From the NCBI GenBank assembly GCA_035299585.1, contig DATGWF010000077.1, positions 1,427 through 65,426 of the forward strand: a DNA stretch of 64,000 bases, read 5' to 3'. The notes under the pieces are model-generated. The model was given only the letters and a program-made list of their open reading frames with translations. It did no database searches and was not told where the DNA came from. This DNA is from Microbacteriaceae bacterium. GTDB lineage: Bacteria; Actinomycetota; Actinomycetes; Actinomycetales; Microbacteriaceae. Each line of letters starts with the position of its first letter. Within the stretch, counting starts at the first letter, position 1. The translations under genes and the position numbers were made by a program. This document shows positions 48,510 to 56,970 of this stretch, piece after piece.

Positions 48510-49353
48510 TCGTCCGCTCGCCATCGAGCAGAATCCGGTCCTCGGCGAACCAACGCACCGCCTGAGAGAGGGTGCGACTCTCTTCATCTTGACCGATGGC
48601 AACGAGTTCGGAAACCCGTCGTGAATGGTCGACTCGAACCACGTTCTGTTCGATGATCGGGCCTTCATCGAGGTCGCTCGTCACGAAGTGCGCGGTCGCG
48701 CCAATCAGCTTGACGCCGCGCTGATGTGCCTGCTTGTACGGGTTGGCGCCCTTGAACCCGGGGAGGAACGAGTGGTGGATGTTGATGATGCGGCCACTCA
48801 GCGCCTCGCACAGGTCCGGCGAGAGGATCTGCATGTAGCGGGCGAGTACGACGAGTTCAATGTCGAATTGTTCGACTGCTTCGAGGACGCGTTGCTCGAA
48901 CGCGGCCTTACTCGCGGCATCCGAAACGGGCCGTGTTTCGAACGGCACGCCGTAGAAATCCACGAGGTCGTGGAGCGTGCCGTGGTTTGACAGCACGAGC
49001 GGAATCTCAATGGGGAGCTGGCCGGCGCGCTGGCGAAAGAGCAGATCGTTGACGCAGTGCCCAGCCGTGGACGCGAGCACCAGAGTGCGGAGCGGGCGGC
49101 CAACCCGGTCGAGCTTGAACGACATTTCGAACTGGGAGATGACCGGAGCGAGCGCCTCCTCGACGGCCGAGCGGTCGGACGCCGTCTCGATTTGGAGGCG
49201 CATGAAGAACCTGCCGGTGTCCTCACTCGTGAATTGCTGGCTCTCGGTGATGTTGCCCCGGGCCGCGACGACCGCTCCCGATACGGCGTGGACAATACCC
49301 GGCCCATCGGCGCAAACCAGGGTCAACACCCAGTGGTGCAGTGCCTCATTCAT
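48496..49353 (-). CDS. purU: formyltetrahydrofolate deformylase
   Basis: 285 aa. N-terminal ACT domain (LTLVCADGPGIVHAVSG) and formyltransferase core (IINIHHSFLPGFKGANPY). Confidence 0.95.
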   Translation of the reverse strand: MNEALHHWVLTLVCADGPGIVHAVSGAVVAARGNITESQQFTSEDTGRFFMRLQIETASDRSAVEEALAPVISQFEMSFKLDRVGRPLRTLVLASTAGHCVNDLLFRQRAGQLPIEIPLVLSNHGTLHDLVDFYGVPFETRPVSDAASKAAFEQRVLEAVEQFDIELVVLARYMQILSPDLCEALSGRIINIHHSFLPGFKGANPYKQAHQRGVKLIGATAHFVTSDLDEGPIIEQNVVRVDHSRRVSELVAIGQDEESRTLSQAVRWFAEDRILLDGERTIIFR

Positions 49354-49373
49354 CCGCCCAGCCTATACACTGA

Positions 49374-49449
49374 ACTCGGTCGCGACTGGCGTTTGGATGG
49401 TCACCATCGGGAAGCGACGAGCACGGATCCGACCGCGCGCCTGGGCCGG
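49374..49449 (+). promoter_or_regulatory. ZTP (pfl-motif) riboswitch aptamer upstream of glyA-folD
   Basis: GGTCGCGACTGGCGTTTGGATGGTCACCATCGGGAAGCGAC ... CCGCGCGCCTGGGCC. This matches the conserved GUCGxGACUGGCG, P2 stem, GGGxAGCGAC 5' subdomain and the CGCCUGGGC 3' pseudoknot element. Downstream genes are classic ZTP-regulon members. Confidence 0.8.
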
Positions 49450-49458
49450 ACTGAACCG

Positions 49459-49482
49459 CCTCAGCGCGCCGTGCTGAGGTTT
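49459..49482 (+). terminator. candidate expression-platform hairpin of the ZTP riboswitch
   Basis: CCTCAGC-GCGCCGT-GCTGAGG followed by TTT, 26 nt upstream of the glyA ATG. The U-tract is short, so termination versus RBS occlusion is unresolved. Confidence 0.45.
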
Positions 49483-49507
49483 CAGAACAACACGAGGAAC
49501 CCACCAC

Positions 49508-50782
49508 ATGACCGATTCGTTCTTCAACCAGCCCCTCGCCGAGGTCGACCCGGAAATCGCCGAGGTCCTTGACCGCGAGTTGAACCGCCAGCGCTCCTAC
49601 CTGGAAATGATCGCCTCCGAGAACTTCGTCCCGGTGTCGGTCCTGCAGTCTCAGGGTTCCGTACTCACCAACAAGTACGCCGAGGGCTACCCCGGCAAGC
49701 GCTACTACGGCGGGTGCGAGGAAGTCGACGTTGCCGAAGAGCTCGCAATCGCTCGCGCCAAGGAACTGTTCGGGGCGAAGTTCGCGAACGTCCAGCCGCA
49801 CTCGGGTGCGACGGCGAACGCGGCCGTGCTCCACGCGATCGCTCGCCCGGGAGACACCCTGCTCGGTCTCTCGCTCGACCAGGGTGGCCACCTCACCCAC
49901 GGAATGAAGATCAACTTCTCCGGCCGGCTGTACAACATCGTCGCCTACGGCGTCGACCCGGAGACCTCGCTCATCGACATGGCAGAGGTGCGTCGACTCG
50001 CCCTCGAGCACCAACCCAAGGTCATCATCGCCGGCTGGTCGGCGTACCCGCGCCACCTCGACTTTGCCGAGTTTCGGGCCATCGCCGACGAGGTCGGCGC
50101 GACCCTGTGGGTCGACATGGCGCACTTTGCCGGCCTGGTGGCCGCCGGACTGCACCCCTCACCGGTGCCCTACGCCGATGTCGTGTCGACGACCGTCCAC
50201 AAGACCCTTTCCGGCCCGCGTTCCGGCCTCATTCTGAGCAACGACGAGGAAATCGCCAAGAAGATCAACTCGGCGGTGTTCCCCGGCCAGCAGGGCGGGC
50301 CACTCATGCACGTGATTGCCGCCAAGGCGACCGCGTTCAAGCTCGCGATGACCCCGGAGTTCAAGGACCGTCAGGCCCGCACCCTCTCCGGTGCGAAGTT
50401 GCTCGCCGAGCGGCTGACCCAGCAGGATGTCGTCGACGCCGGCATCTCGATCCGCTCGGGCGGCACCGACGTGCACCTCGTGCTCGTCGACCTGCGGAAT
50501 GCGGCCATTGACGGCAAGCAGGCCGAAGACCTCCTGCACGAGATTCACATCACCGTCAACCGCAACTCGGTTCCCAACGACCCGCGTCCGCCGATGATTA
50601 CCTCGGGCCTGCGCATCGGTACACCGGCCCTCGCCTCGCGCGGCTTCGGTGACACCGAGTTCGCGGAGGTGGCCGACATCATCGCGCTCGCGCTCCTGCC
50701 GGGCGCCGACGTGCCCGCGCTTCGCGCCCGAGTCGCCAAGCTCACCGAGGCGTTCCCGCTTTACCCCGGTTTGCAGCAGTAA
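49508..50782 (+). CDS. glyA: serine hydroxymethyltransferase
   Basis: 424 aa. PLP-lysine context [13 protein letters not shown] and the N-terminal [17 protein letters not shown] motif. Confidence 0.95.
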   Translation: MTDSFFNQPLAEVDPEIAEVLDRELNRQRSYLEMIASENFVPVSVLQSQGSVLTNKYAEGYPGKRYYGGCEEVDVAEELAIARAKELFGAKFANVQPHSGATANAAVLHAIARPGDTLLGLSLDQGGHLTHGMKINFSGRLYNIVAYGVDPETSLIDMAEVRRLALEHQPKVIIAGWSAYPRHLDFAEFRAIADEVGATLWVDMAHFAGLVAAGLHPSPVPYADVVSTTVHKTLSGPRSGLILSNDEEIAKKINSAVFPGQQGGPLMHVIAAKATAFKLAMTPEFKDRQARTLSGAKLLAERLTQQDVVDAGISIRSGGTDVHLVLVDLRNAAIDGKQAEDLLHEIHITVNRNSVPNDPRPPMITSGLRIGTPALASRGFGDTEFAEVADIIALALLPGADVPALRARVAKLTEAFPLYPGLQQ

Positions 50783-51672
50783 TGCCGGCAATCCGACTCG
50801 ACGGCGTCGCAACCGCGGCGGCGATTCAGGCGGAACTTGCCGACCGAGTGGCGGCGTTGCAGGAGCGGGGGGTCACCCCCGGCATCGCGACCGTGCTCGT
50901 GGGTGCCGATCCGGCGTCTCAGCTCTACGTGGGCATGAAGCATCGGAAGTCTGAGGCGATCGGGATGAACTCCATTCAGGTGGAGCTTCCGGCCGACGCA
51001 ACTCAAGCCGATGTCGAGGCGGCTATCGATTCGCTCAACGCCGATCCGACCTGCCATGGGTTCATCGTGCAATTGCCGCTCCCGAAGCACCTCGACACCG
51101 ACGCGATTCTGGAACGGATCGATCCGGCAAAAGACGCCGACGGACTGCACCCGACGAACCTGGGTCGTCTCGTTTTGAACGTGAACGAGCCGATTACCAC
51201 GCCGCTTCCGTGCACACCTCGAGCGGTCATTGAACTGCTCCGACGGAACGGCTTCGAACTCGCCGGGAAACACGTCGTGGTTGTCGGCCGTGGGGTCACC
51301 ATCGGCCGGTCGATCGGTTTGTTGCTCGCGCGCCGGGATGTGAACGCCACCGTGACCCAGATTCACACCGGAACACCAAACCCTGGCGACTACCTGCGGC
51401 AAGCGGATGTCATCGTCGCCGCGGCCGGAGTGAAGCATCTCGTGCAACCGGGAGACGTGAAGCCCGGTGCCGCCGTCCTCGATGTGGGTGTCACTCGTGA
51501 GGAGAATCCCACGGGTGGCAAGCCGCTCGTGTTTGGCGACGTCAATCCCGCGGTTGCCGATGTTGCCGGCTGGCTTTCGCCGAACCCCGGCGGGGTCGGC
51601 CCGATGACAGTCGCGCTGCTCATGACCAACGTCGTCGAGGCGGCCGAGCGAGCCGTCCTCCGCGCGATCTAA
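50782..51672 (+). CDS. folD: bifunctional methylenetetrahydrofolate dehydrogenase / methenyltetrahydrofolate cyclohydrolase
   Basis: 296 aa. [27 protein letters not shown] and [12 protein letters not shown] motifs. TAATG overlap with glyA. Confidence 0.95.
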   Translation: MPAIRLDGVATAAAIQAELADRVAALQERGVTPGIATVLVGADPASQLYVGMKHRKSEAIGMNSIQVELPADATQADVEAAIDSLNADPTCHGFIVQLPLPKHLDTDAILERIDPAKDADGLHPTNLGRLVLNVNEPITTPLPCTPRAVIELLRRNGFELAGKHVVVVGRGVTIGRSIGLLLARRDVNATVTQIHTGTPNPGDYLRQADVIVAAAGVKHLVQPGDVKPGAAVLDVGVTREENPTGGKPLVFGDVNPAVADVAGWLSPNPGGVGPMTVALLMTNVVEAAERAVLRAI

Positions 51673-51917
51673 CCCTCCTCGGAGCGCCCGCCCTTCGCAG
51701 AAGGGTGTCGTCGGTATCGAGCAAGAGAGAAGGTCGTACCGGTCAGAAACAGGAGTGCTGGGATTGCCCAAACAAGCGGCCCAGATTCGAGACTTGACAT
51801 TCCGACGAAGACGATGACCGCGGCGCCTGCAACGCTGGCCAGCTCAATTAGCAGGCTTCGTTGGTGACGTTCCATAAGGCTATGCCTCCAGTCCAGGGTA
51901 CGTTCAGCTGTGCACAT
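51669..51917 (-). CDS. small 2-TM membrane protein (DUF3017-like, from memory)
   Basis: 82-aa ORF with two hydrophobic helices. Its stop overlaps the folD stop. The start may be the internal ATG (MERHQRS). Confidence 0.45.
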   Translation of the reverse strand: MCTAERTLDWRHSLMERHQRSLLIELASVAGAAVIVFVGMSSLESGPLVWAIPALLFLTGTTFSLARYRRHPSAKGGRSEEG

Positions 51918-52122
51918 CGGCCGTCTCGGGCCGCATCTTCGGGGGGCTCTCGCAAGAACCGCAGGTTACAAGGCCTTGACTGGGGGCAGAACCCGGTTGA
52001 CAAGGTTGTGAATGGGTGGCAGGACATTCCGGGCCTTTCGCGCGGCTACTGGTTCTCGCCGCTGGGCGGGAGCGGGAGCGGGTCGTGGCCGAACGCTCAG
52101 GTCAACCCCTAAACTCAGAGCT

Positions 52123-53181
52123 GTGCCGCACCGGTCCAAACGCCCAGCGACGCGCGCCGATGTCGCGCGTCTCGCCGGCGTGAGTGAAAGCACCGTGTCA
52201 TACGCGCTCTCGGGGGTTCGATCCATCGCGGACGACACGCGCGAACGCATTCTTGCCGCCATGGAGCAGCTCGGATACACCCCAAATGTGATGGCGCAAG
52301 GCCTGGCCGGAAAACGTACCGGGCTCCTGGCGCTGCTTTTCCCGGTCGCCGACCGCGGTTTCGCGACAACCGACTTTGAGTATGTCTCCGCCGCGTCTCG
52401 CGTGGCGCAGGCGAGTGGCCGGCAGGTTCTCATGTGGCCGAACCCGGTCGATGACCTCGACGCGCTCAGGCTTGTTGCCTCACAGCGCCTCGTCGACGGA
52501 TTCATCCTCATGGAGGTGCGCAGTTCCGACCCCCGAGTCGCCGTACTGCAGGAGTATCGACTTCCGTTCGTGTTGATCGGTCGAACCGCGAGCGAGCACG
52601 GCATGAGCTGGGTTGATGCCGACTTCAGCAAGTGGGGCCCCATGGCGATAGACGCCCTCGTCAGCCACGGGCACAGCGACGTCGTGTTCCTGACTCAGCC
52701 GGAATCGTTGTTCCAAGCCGGATACGGTCCGCTCGTTCGCACCGAACGAGACCTCGTTCGCTATGCCGCATCGCAGGGCGTCAACCTCCACGTGATTCGA
52801 GCCGAAGCCACCATTCGCGCCGGCCGCGACGCTTTCGCGCGCATGCTCGCAGAACGACCGAATGTGACCGCCATTCTCGGGTTCAACGAAATCGCCATGA
52901 TCGGCGTGCTCGAGGGAATCAGTGCGTCGGGACGAAGCGTGCCCGCGAACTATTCGGTCCTGCAGTTCGGTATCGGTCCAGCCGCCGCCGAGTACACCAG
53001 CCCGCCTCAAGACACGATTGGCGTTGACGGAGCGATTCTCGGGGCACAGGCGGCCGAGTTTCTATTGCGGCACCTCGATGGACTGGTGGAGGAGCCGCAG
53101 CAGTACCTGGCCGACCCGGTTCGGGTCGATCGCGGCAGCGTCGCGGACGCTCCAAAGCGGACCGGTTCGCCAAAACGCTAG
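52123..53181 (+). CDS. LacI-family transcriptional regulator
   Basis: Track ORF trimmed to GTG 52123. HTH TRADVARLAGVSESTVSYALSG followed by a periplasmic-binding-protein-like sugar sensor domain. Confidence 0.85.
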   Translation: MPHRSKRPATRADVARLAGVSESTVSYALSGVRSIADDTRERILAAMEQLGYTPNVMAQGLAGKRTGLLALLFPVADRGFATTDFEYVSAASRVAQASGRQVLMWPNPVDDLDALRLVASQRLVDGFILMEVRSSDPRVAVLQEYRLPFVLIGRTASEHGMSWVDADFSKWGPMAIDALVSHGHSDVVFLTQPESLFQAGYGPLVRTERDLVRYAASQGVNLHVIRAEATIRAGRDAFARMLAERPNVTAILGFNEIAMIGVLEGISASGRSVPANYSVLQFGIGPAAAEYTSPPQDTIGVDGAILGAQAAEFLLRHLDGLVEEPQQYLADPVRVDRGSVADAPKRTGSPKR

Positions 53182-53242
53182 GCGAACAACGCAGCTCCCC
53201 ATAGGCTGACACCAACGGTGCATGGTCTCGTTGGGGGTGTGA

Positions 53243-54358
53243 ATGGATTCTTCGATTCCCTTTTCTGCGGCAATGTTCGAAGCCATCGGGGAACCGATCG
53301 CGATCGGTCGGCCGGTCTCGATCGAGGGCGAAATCGTCGACGTCGAAATCGTCTGGATGAGTGCCTCGCTCCGAGAGCTCGCCATTGCCGCGAACATCAC
53401 GAGCATGCGGCTCTCCGAGGTCTACCCGGAGATGGTCGACAGCGGCTGGCTCGAAGAGCTCGTTATCGCGCGAGCGACCGGCCGACCGTCGACCCGCTTC
53501 CGGCCCCGACAGCTCGAAGGCCAAGTGCTCGAAGTCATCGAAATCACTGCTCGGTGGGCGGGAGACTGGCTCGTCGCAACCGTGCATAATCTCAGCACGC
53601 GCGCGAGTTCAAACGCCGACATGATTCGAGCCGCGGCCATGGTCACCGAAATGATGGCAGCGAACCCGGTGTTCGCGCGCATCCTCCTGCCGAACCAGAC
53701 CCTCGAGTTTTCGACTCGTGCGTGGCTCGAGGGACGCAGTGGAATCGCGGCAACATTCGACGAGATGGTCCTCGAGGAGGAGCGCGAACGCGTCGAGACC
53801 TGGCAGGCGACGCCGGTCCACGAGCGCGAACCCGTTCTCATGTTTCGCGCGCACCATGGAAACGGGCAGGTGCGTTGGTATTCCGTCCATGCCGAGGTCA
53901 TCGCCGAGACCGGCATCGAGGTGCAGGTGGTCTCGGATGTCGACCACTATCTCCGGGAGACCCGAGCGTCTGAGCGGCTCGCACGCGACCTGCACGGCCA
54001 GCTGGAGGTGCTCACGAGCGCGCTCGATGCATCGACCGACGGTTTTGCGATCTGGCGCGCTCAACGAAACGAACGCGGCGAGATTATGACCTTCATGCTC
54101 GAATTCATGAATACGGTCGGGGCGGCGCCAACGGGGCTCTCGCCCGACCTCCTCGTCAATCGAACGATTGAATCGGTCGTCGGACCGGAGCAGAGCGAAG
54201 GCCTCAAGGCGGCGTTCGCCCTGGTGATTCAGCGCAACGAACCCCAGGTTCGACGGGTCACGGTCGACAGTCCTGCTGGATGGGTTGGCACGTTTGAAAA
54301 CCGTGTCGCCCCCATCGGCCACGATTGCGTCGTGGCCTCGTTCCGCCTCGTCCCTTAG
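53243..54358 (+). CDS. cytoplasmic protein made of three PAS-like domains with no output domain
   Basis: 371 aa. Three ~115-aa segments each show PAS-like topology (for example FEAIGEPIAIGRPV...VDVEIVWMS...ARWAGDWLVATVHNLS, ...GQVRWYSVHAEVI..., and LDASTDGFAIWRAQRNERGEIMTFMLEFMN...). No kinase, GGDEF, HTH or TM region. Confidence 0.65.
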   Translation: MDSSIPFSAAMFEAIGEPIAIGRPVSIEGEIVDVEIVWMSASLRELAIAANITSMRLSEVYPEMVDSGWLEELVIARATGRPSTRFRPRQLEGQVLEVIEITARWAGDWLVATVHNLSTRASSNADMIRAAAMVTEMMAANPVFARILLPNQTLEFSTRAWLEGRSGIAATFDEMVLEEERERVETWQATPVHEREPVLMFRAHHGNGQVRWYSVHAEVIAETGIEVQVVSDVDHYLRETRASERLARDLHGQLEVLTSALDASTDGFAIWRAQRNERGEIMTFMLEFMNTVGAAPTGLSPDLLVNRTIESVVGPEQSEGLKAAFALVIQRNEPQVRRVTVDSPAGWVGTFENRVAPIGHDCVVASFRLVP

Positions 54359-54723
54359 CTGAGAAGCGCCCCGGCCAGCGCGACAAAAATGCCGACGAAG
54401 ATGGCTGGCGTCAGAAACATCGGGACCCACAACCAACGAGCGTGCGACCGAGTGGCTCGAGCGCTCGCCGAGGTGGCGTTCACCGATGCGAGGTCCTCGG
54501 CGATGGCTTTCGCGTCGGCGGCCGCCCCAAACTCGGCAAGCGCGCCAAGAATGCCCGAGGCGAGCAGAATTCCGAGGGTTGCCCACACGGCGAATGTGCC
54601 CGTCGCCCGAATCTCGTCGATGATGCCGACCGTTGTGATGAGCAGAAATGTCGGGGCCAGTTGGGCCACGATGAGTTGGTTCCGGGCGCGCGCCCAGGAA
54701 GCGAGCAACTCGTTCTCGGTCAT
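54355..54723 (-). CDS. hypothetical 3-4 TM membrane protein
   Basis: Track ORF trimmed to ATG 54723. Hydrophobic helices. No family recognised. Confidence 0.5.
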   Translation of the reverse strand: MTENELLASWARARNQLIVAQLAPTFLLITTVGIIDEIRATGTFAVWATLGILLASGILGALAEFGAAADAKAIAEDLASVNATSASARATRSHARWLWVPMFLTPAIFVGIFVALAGALLS

Positions 54724-54767
54724 GTCACTCCTCTCTGCAAAGCGGTGCGCAACGAGCGTAGCAAGCG

Positions 54768-55316
54768 TCACTCGGTTTCGAGACGACGGCCGGCCTTCCA
54801 AGCCTCGACGGTCGTCTCAAAGATGAGTTCGGGGCCGTCCTCCTCGTCAATTTGGACCCCGATTTCCGGAACGTCAAGCCGGTGAATCAACGCGATGGAG
54901 GGTGCGTTCGTTGGTGAAACCGTGTAGCGCAATCGGCGCACCCCCTCTTGCGTGCTCGCCCAGTCCCACATCGCCCGGACGGCTTCTCCAGCGAATCCTT
55001 TGCCTCGTTCCGCTTCGGCAACCCCAAGCCCAATCTCGGCCATTCCGCTCGCGTCCGGAGCGGCGTGGAAGGAGATGCTTCCGACCGCCAGATTACGTGC
55101 GCGGTCGACCATGATCCGGTAGTACCACGAGATGTGCGTCGGGTTGGAGGCGACGTCTGCGGCACGGTTCGCCCGCGGTAGTGGCTCGTTCGAGTACACC
55201 CCGTGCGGGTTCGCAAATGGCCGGTCCTCGAGCGTTCCGGTCTTGAGCTCGCGTTCGGTGACGAGCACGAGGTCGAGTCGAGCGGATCGGATCATTGTCA
55301 TCGGTTCGTGAGGCAT
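54768..55316 (-). CDS. GNAT-family (RimJ/RimL-like) N-acetyltransferase
   Basis: 182 aa. Motif RGKGFAGEAVRAMWDWA and the typical beta-alpha GNAT core. Confidence 0.8.
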   Translation of the reverse strand: MPHEPMTMIRSARLDLVLVTERELKTGTLEDRPFANPHGVYSNEPLPRANRAADVASNPTHISWYYRIMVDRARNLAVGSISFHAAPDASGMAEIGLGVAEAERGKGFAGEAVRAMWDWASTQEGVRRLRYTVSPTNAPSIALIHRLDVPEIGVQIDEEDGPELIFETTVEAWKAGRRLETE

Positions 55317-55442
55317 AGGTTCAGGCTAGGGCCCACCGCGACGATTCCCGCTCCGGGTGGCTCAAGGCAAACACATCGAACGTCGAACTTCGGGGTTTCC
55401 TCACGGGAAATCCTGAAGAGTCTCGAATCGTTCACAAACGCC

Positions 55443-55477
55443 GAAAGCTGGCCCACCGCACGGGCAGGCCAGCTTTC
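55443..55477 (-). terminator. stem-loop after the LAxTG surface-protein gene
   Basis: 11-bp stem GAAAGCTGGCC / GGCCAGCTTTC with a 13-nt loop, 14 nt downstream of the stop at 55491. Confidence 0.5.
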
Positions 55478-55490
55478 GAGGTTCGCGCGA

Positions 55491-56585
55491 CTAGGCCGCG
55501 CGGCGGCGTGCGAGCATCAGGCCCGCGACGGCGATGAGGGACAGCGCAATCGCGCCGGCCGCGGTCATTGCCGAAGCGTCCACACCGGTCGATGCCAGAG
55601 CTACCGGGGTCGGGGTCGGCGTCGGGATCGGGGCCGAAGACGTCCAGTTGATGACGTTCGCGTTCTCGAGACCCACGTTCAGGCGGCCGCTGAAGGTATC
55701 GAACTCAACCGAATTGGCGGCGACTCCATCGGCCCAGGTGATCTGGTCCGCGCTGACGCAGTCGTCGTTGTTGTAGTTCGCAGCGAACAGGGTGTCCGGG
55801 TCCCACAGGATGAATGCGACGACAGTCGCAGAGGCGCCCGGTTCGATGGTGACGTCGTCGATGTGGACGTACCACGAGTCGCCCGACATTTCCGAGACCG
55901 TGGCGCTGTATTCGGCTCCGGCGTCGCCCCATGCCATTGTTCCGGGAGCGTCACACTCGTCGCCGTGGGTGGCCCACATGGCGCTGGCATCGTTGAGAGC
56001 GGCCATAGCGTCCTCGTCCTCATCGACCGGCAGATCCAGCGAGCTCGTGGCGGAGTTCTGGAACGCGCGCAGGCCGCCGCCGTCGACGGTGGAGCTGCTG
56101 CTGCCCCAGTCAGTGTAGAAGCCGAGGTCGACCGTGATGGCCTCGGTGCCGACATTCGTGTACGTCACGGCGTGACGAAACAGGTCACCTTCGACGTAGT
56201 AACGCTGCTCGGACACAGCCGAGAGGTTGTTGTCGGCCAGTACCGAGTTCGACGCAGTGCCGGTCAGGGTGACATCGCCGTTATCGGCTACAACCCGGTC
56301 AAGATCGGCGTCGACGTTAGTGGCGAGCGAGTCGTAGCTGCTCCAGTCGTCGAAGCTGATCTGCGCTTCGAGGCCCGTGTCGAGCACGTCGGTGTACTCG
56401 TCGAAACCGTCACCAATGAGGTCGGCGTCGTTGGCGTTGAGATAATCCGATTCGGCATCCCAGCTCGAGTGGCCGACCTCGACGGTCGAACCGTCCCAAG
56501 GTGCTGCATGTGCGGCCATTGCCGGAACGATGGTGAGCGCTGCGGCTGCTGAAACAGCAGTCAGGCGCACGAGTGTTTTCTTCAT
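55491..56585 (-). CDS. acidic secreted protein with C-terminal LAxTG (LASTG) cell-wall sorting signal
   Basis: 364 aa. Signal peptide MKKTLVRLTAVSAAAALTIVPAMAAHA, a very Asp/Glu-rich body, a TPTPTPTP linker, then LASTG + hydrophobic segment + RRR. GAAGGGG lies upstream of the ATG. Confidence 0.8.
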   Translation of the reverse strand: MKKTLVRLTAVSAAAALTIVPAMAAHAAPWDGSTVEVGHSSWDAESDYLNANDADLIGDGFDEYTDVLDTGLEAQISFDDWSSYDSLATNVDADLDRVVADNGDVTLTGTASNSVLADNNLSAVSEQRYYVEGDLFRHAVTYTNVGTEAITVDLGFYTDWGSSSSTVDGGGLRAFQNSATSSLDLPVDEDEDAMAALNDASAMWATHGDECDAPGTMAWGDAGAEYSATVSEMSGDSWYVHIDDVTIEPGASATVVAFILWDPDTLFAANYNNDDCVSADQITWADGVAANSVEFDTFSGRLNVGLENANVINWTSSAPIPTPTPTPVALASTGVDASAMTAAGAIALSLIAVAGLMLARRRAA

Positions 56586-56767
56586 TGAGTTGCCCCTTCG
56601 TGGACACGAATCGGCGGGTATGCTCCGCCATCGTTAGCGTAGCAGCGGGTCTCTCTCGGACCGAACGCGTTCGCGACTCGAGGTGGGCAGGCGGCGAGTG
56701 GAGAAACAGTGCGGGCCCGAACAGTCCACAGTTCGCCTGTGGCGCCGCTCCTCACGAGCGGATACGG

Positions 56768-56840
<73 letters not shown>

Positions 56841-56970
56841 ATGCCCAAAGGCACGGCTCCAGTGTACGACGTTGTCGGTATGGCAAAAACCAGCGGGAAA
56901 CCCCAAAAAAAAGCATGAAACTGGCACGAAATTGGCGTCGCGCTATATAGAGGCACAATACCCTTGAAAC

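Noticed and set aside
55203-56552. 449-aa plus-strand ORF
   Set aside because: It is antisense to the LASTG surface-protein gene, which has a signal peptide, RBS and sorting signal. The plus-strand translation is Arg/Gly/Val/Asp-repetitive.
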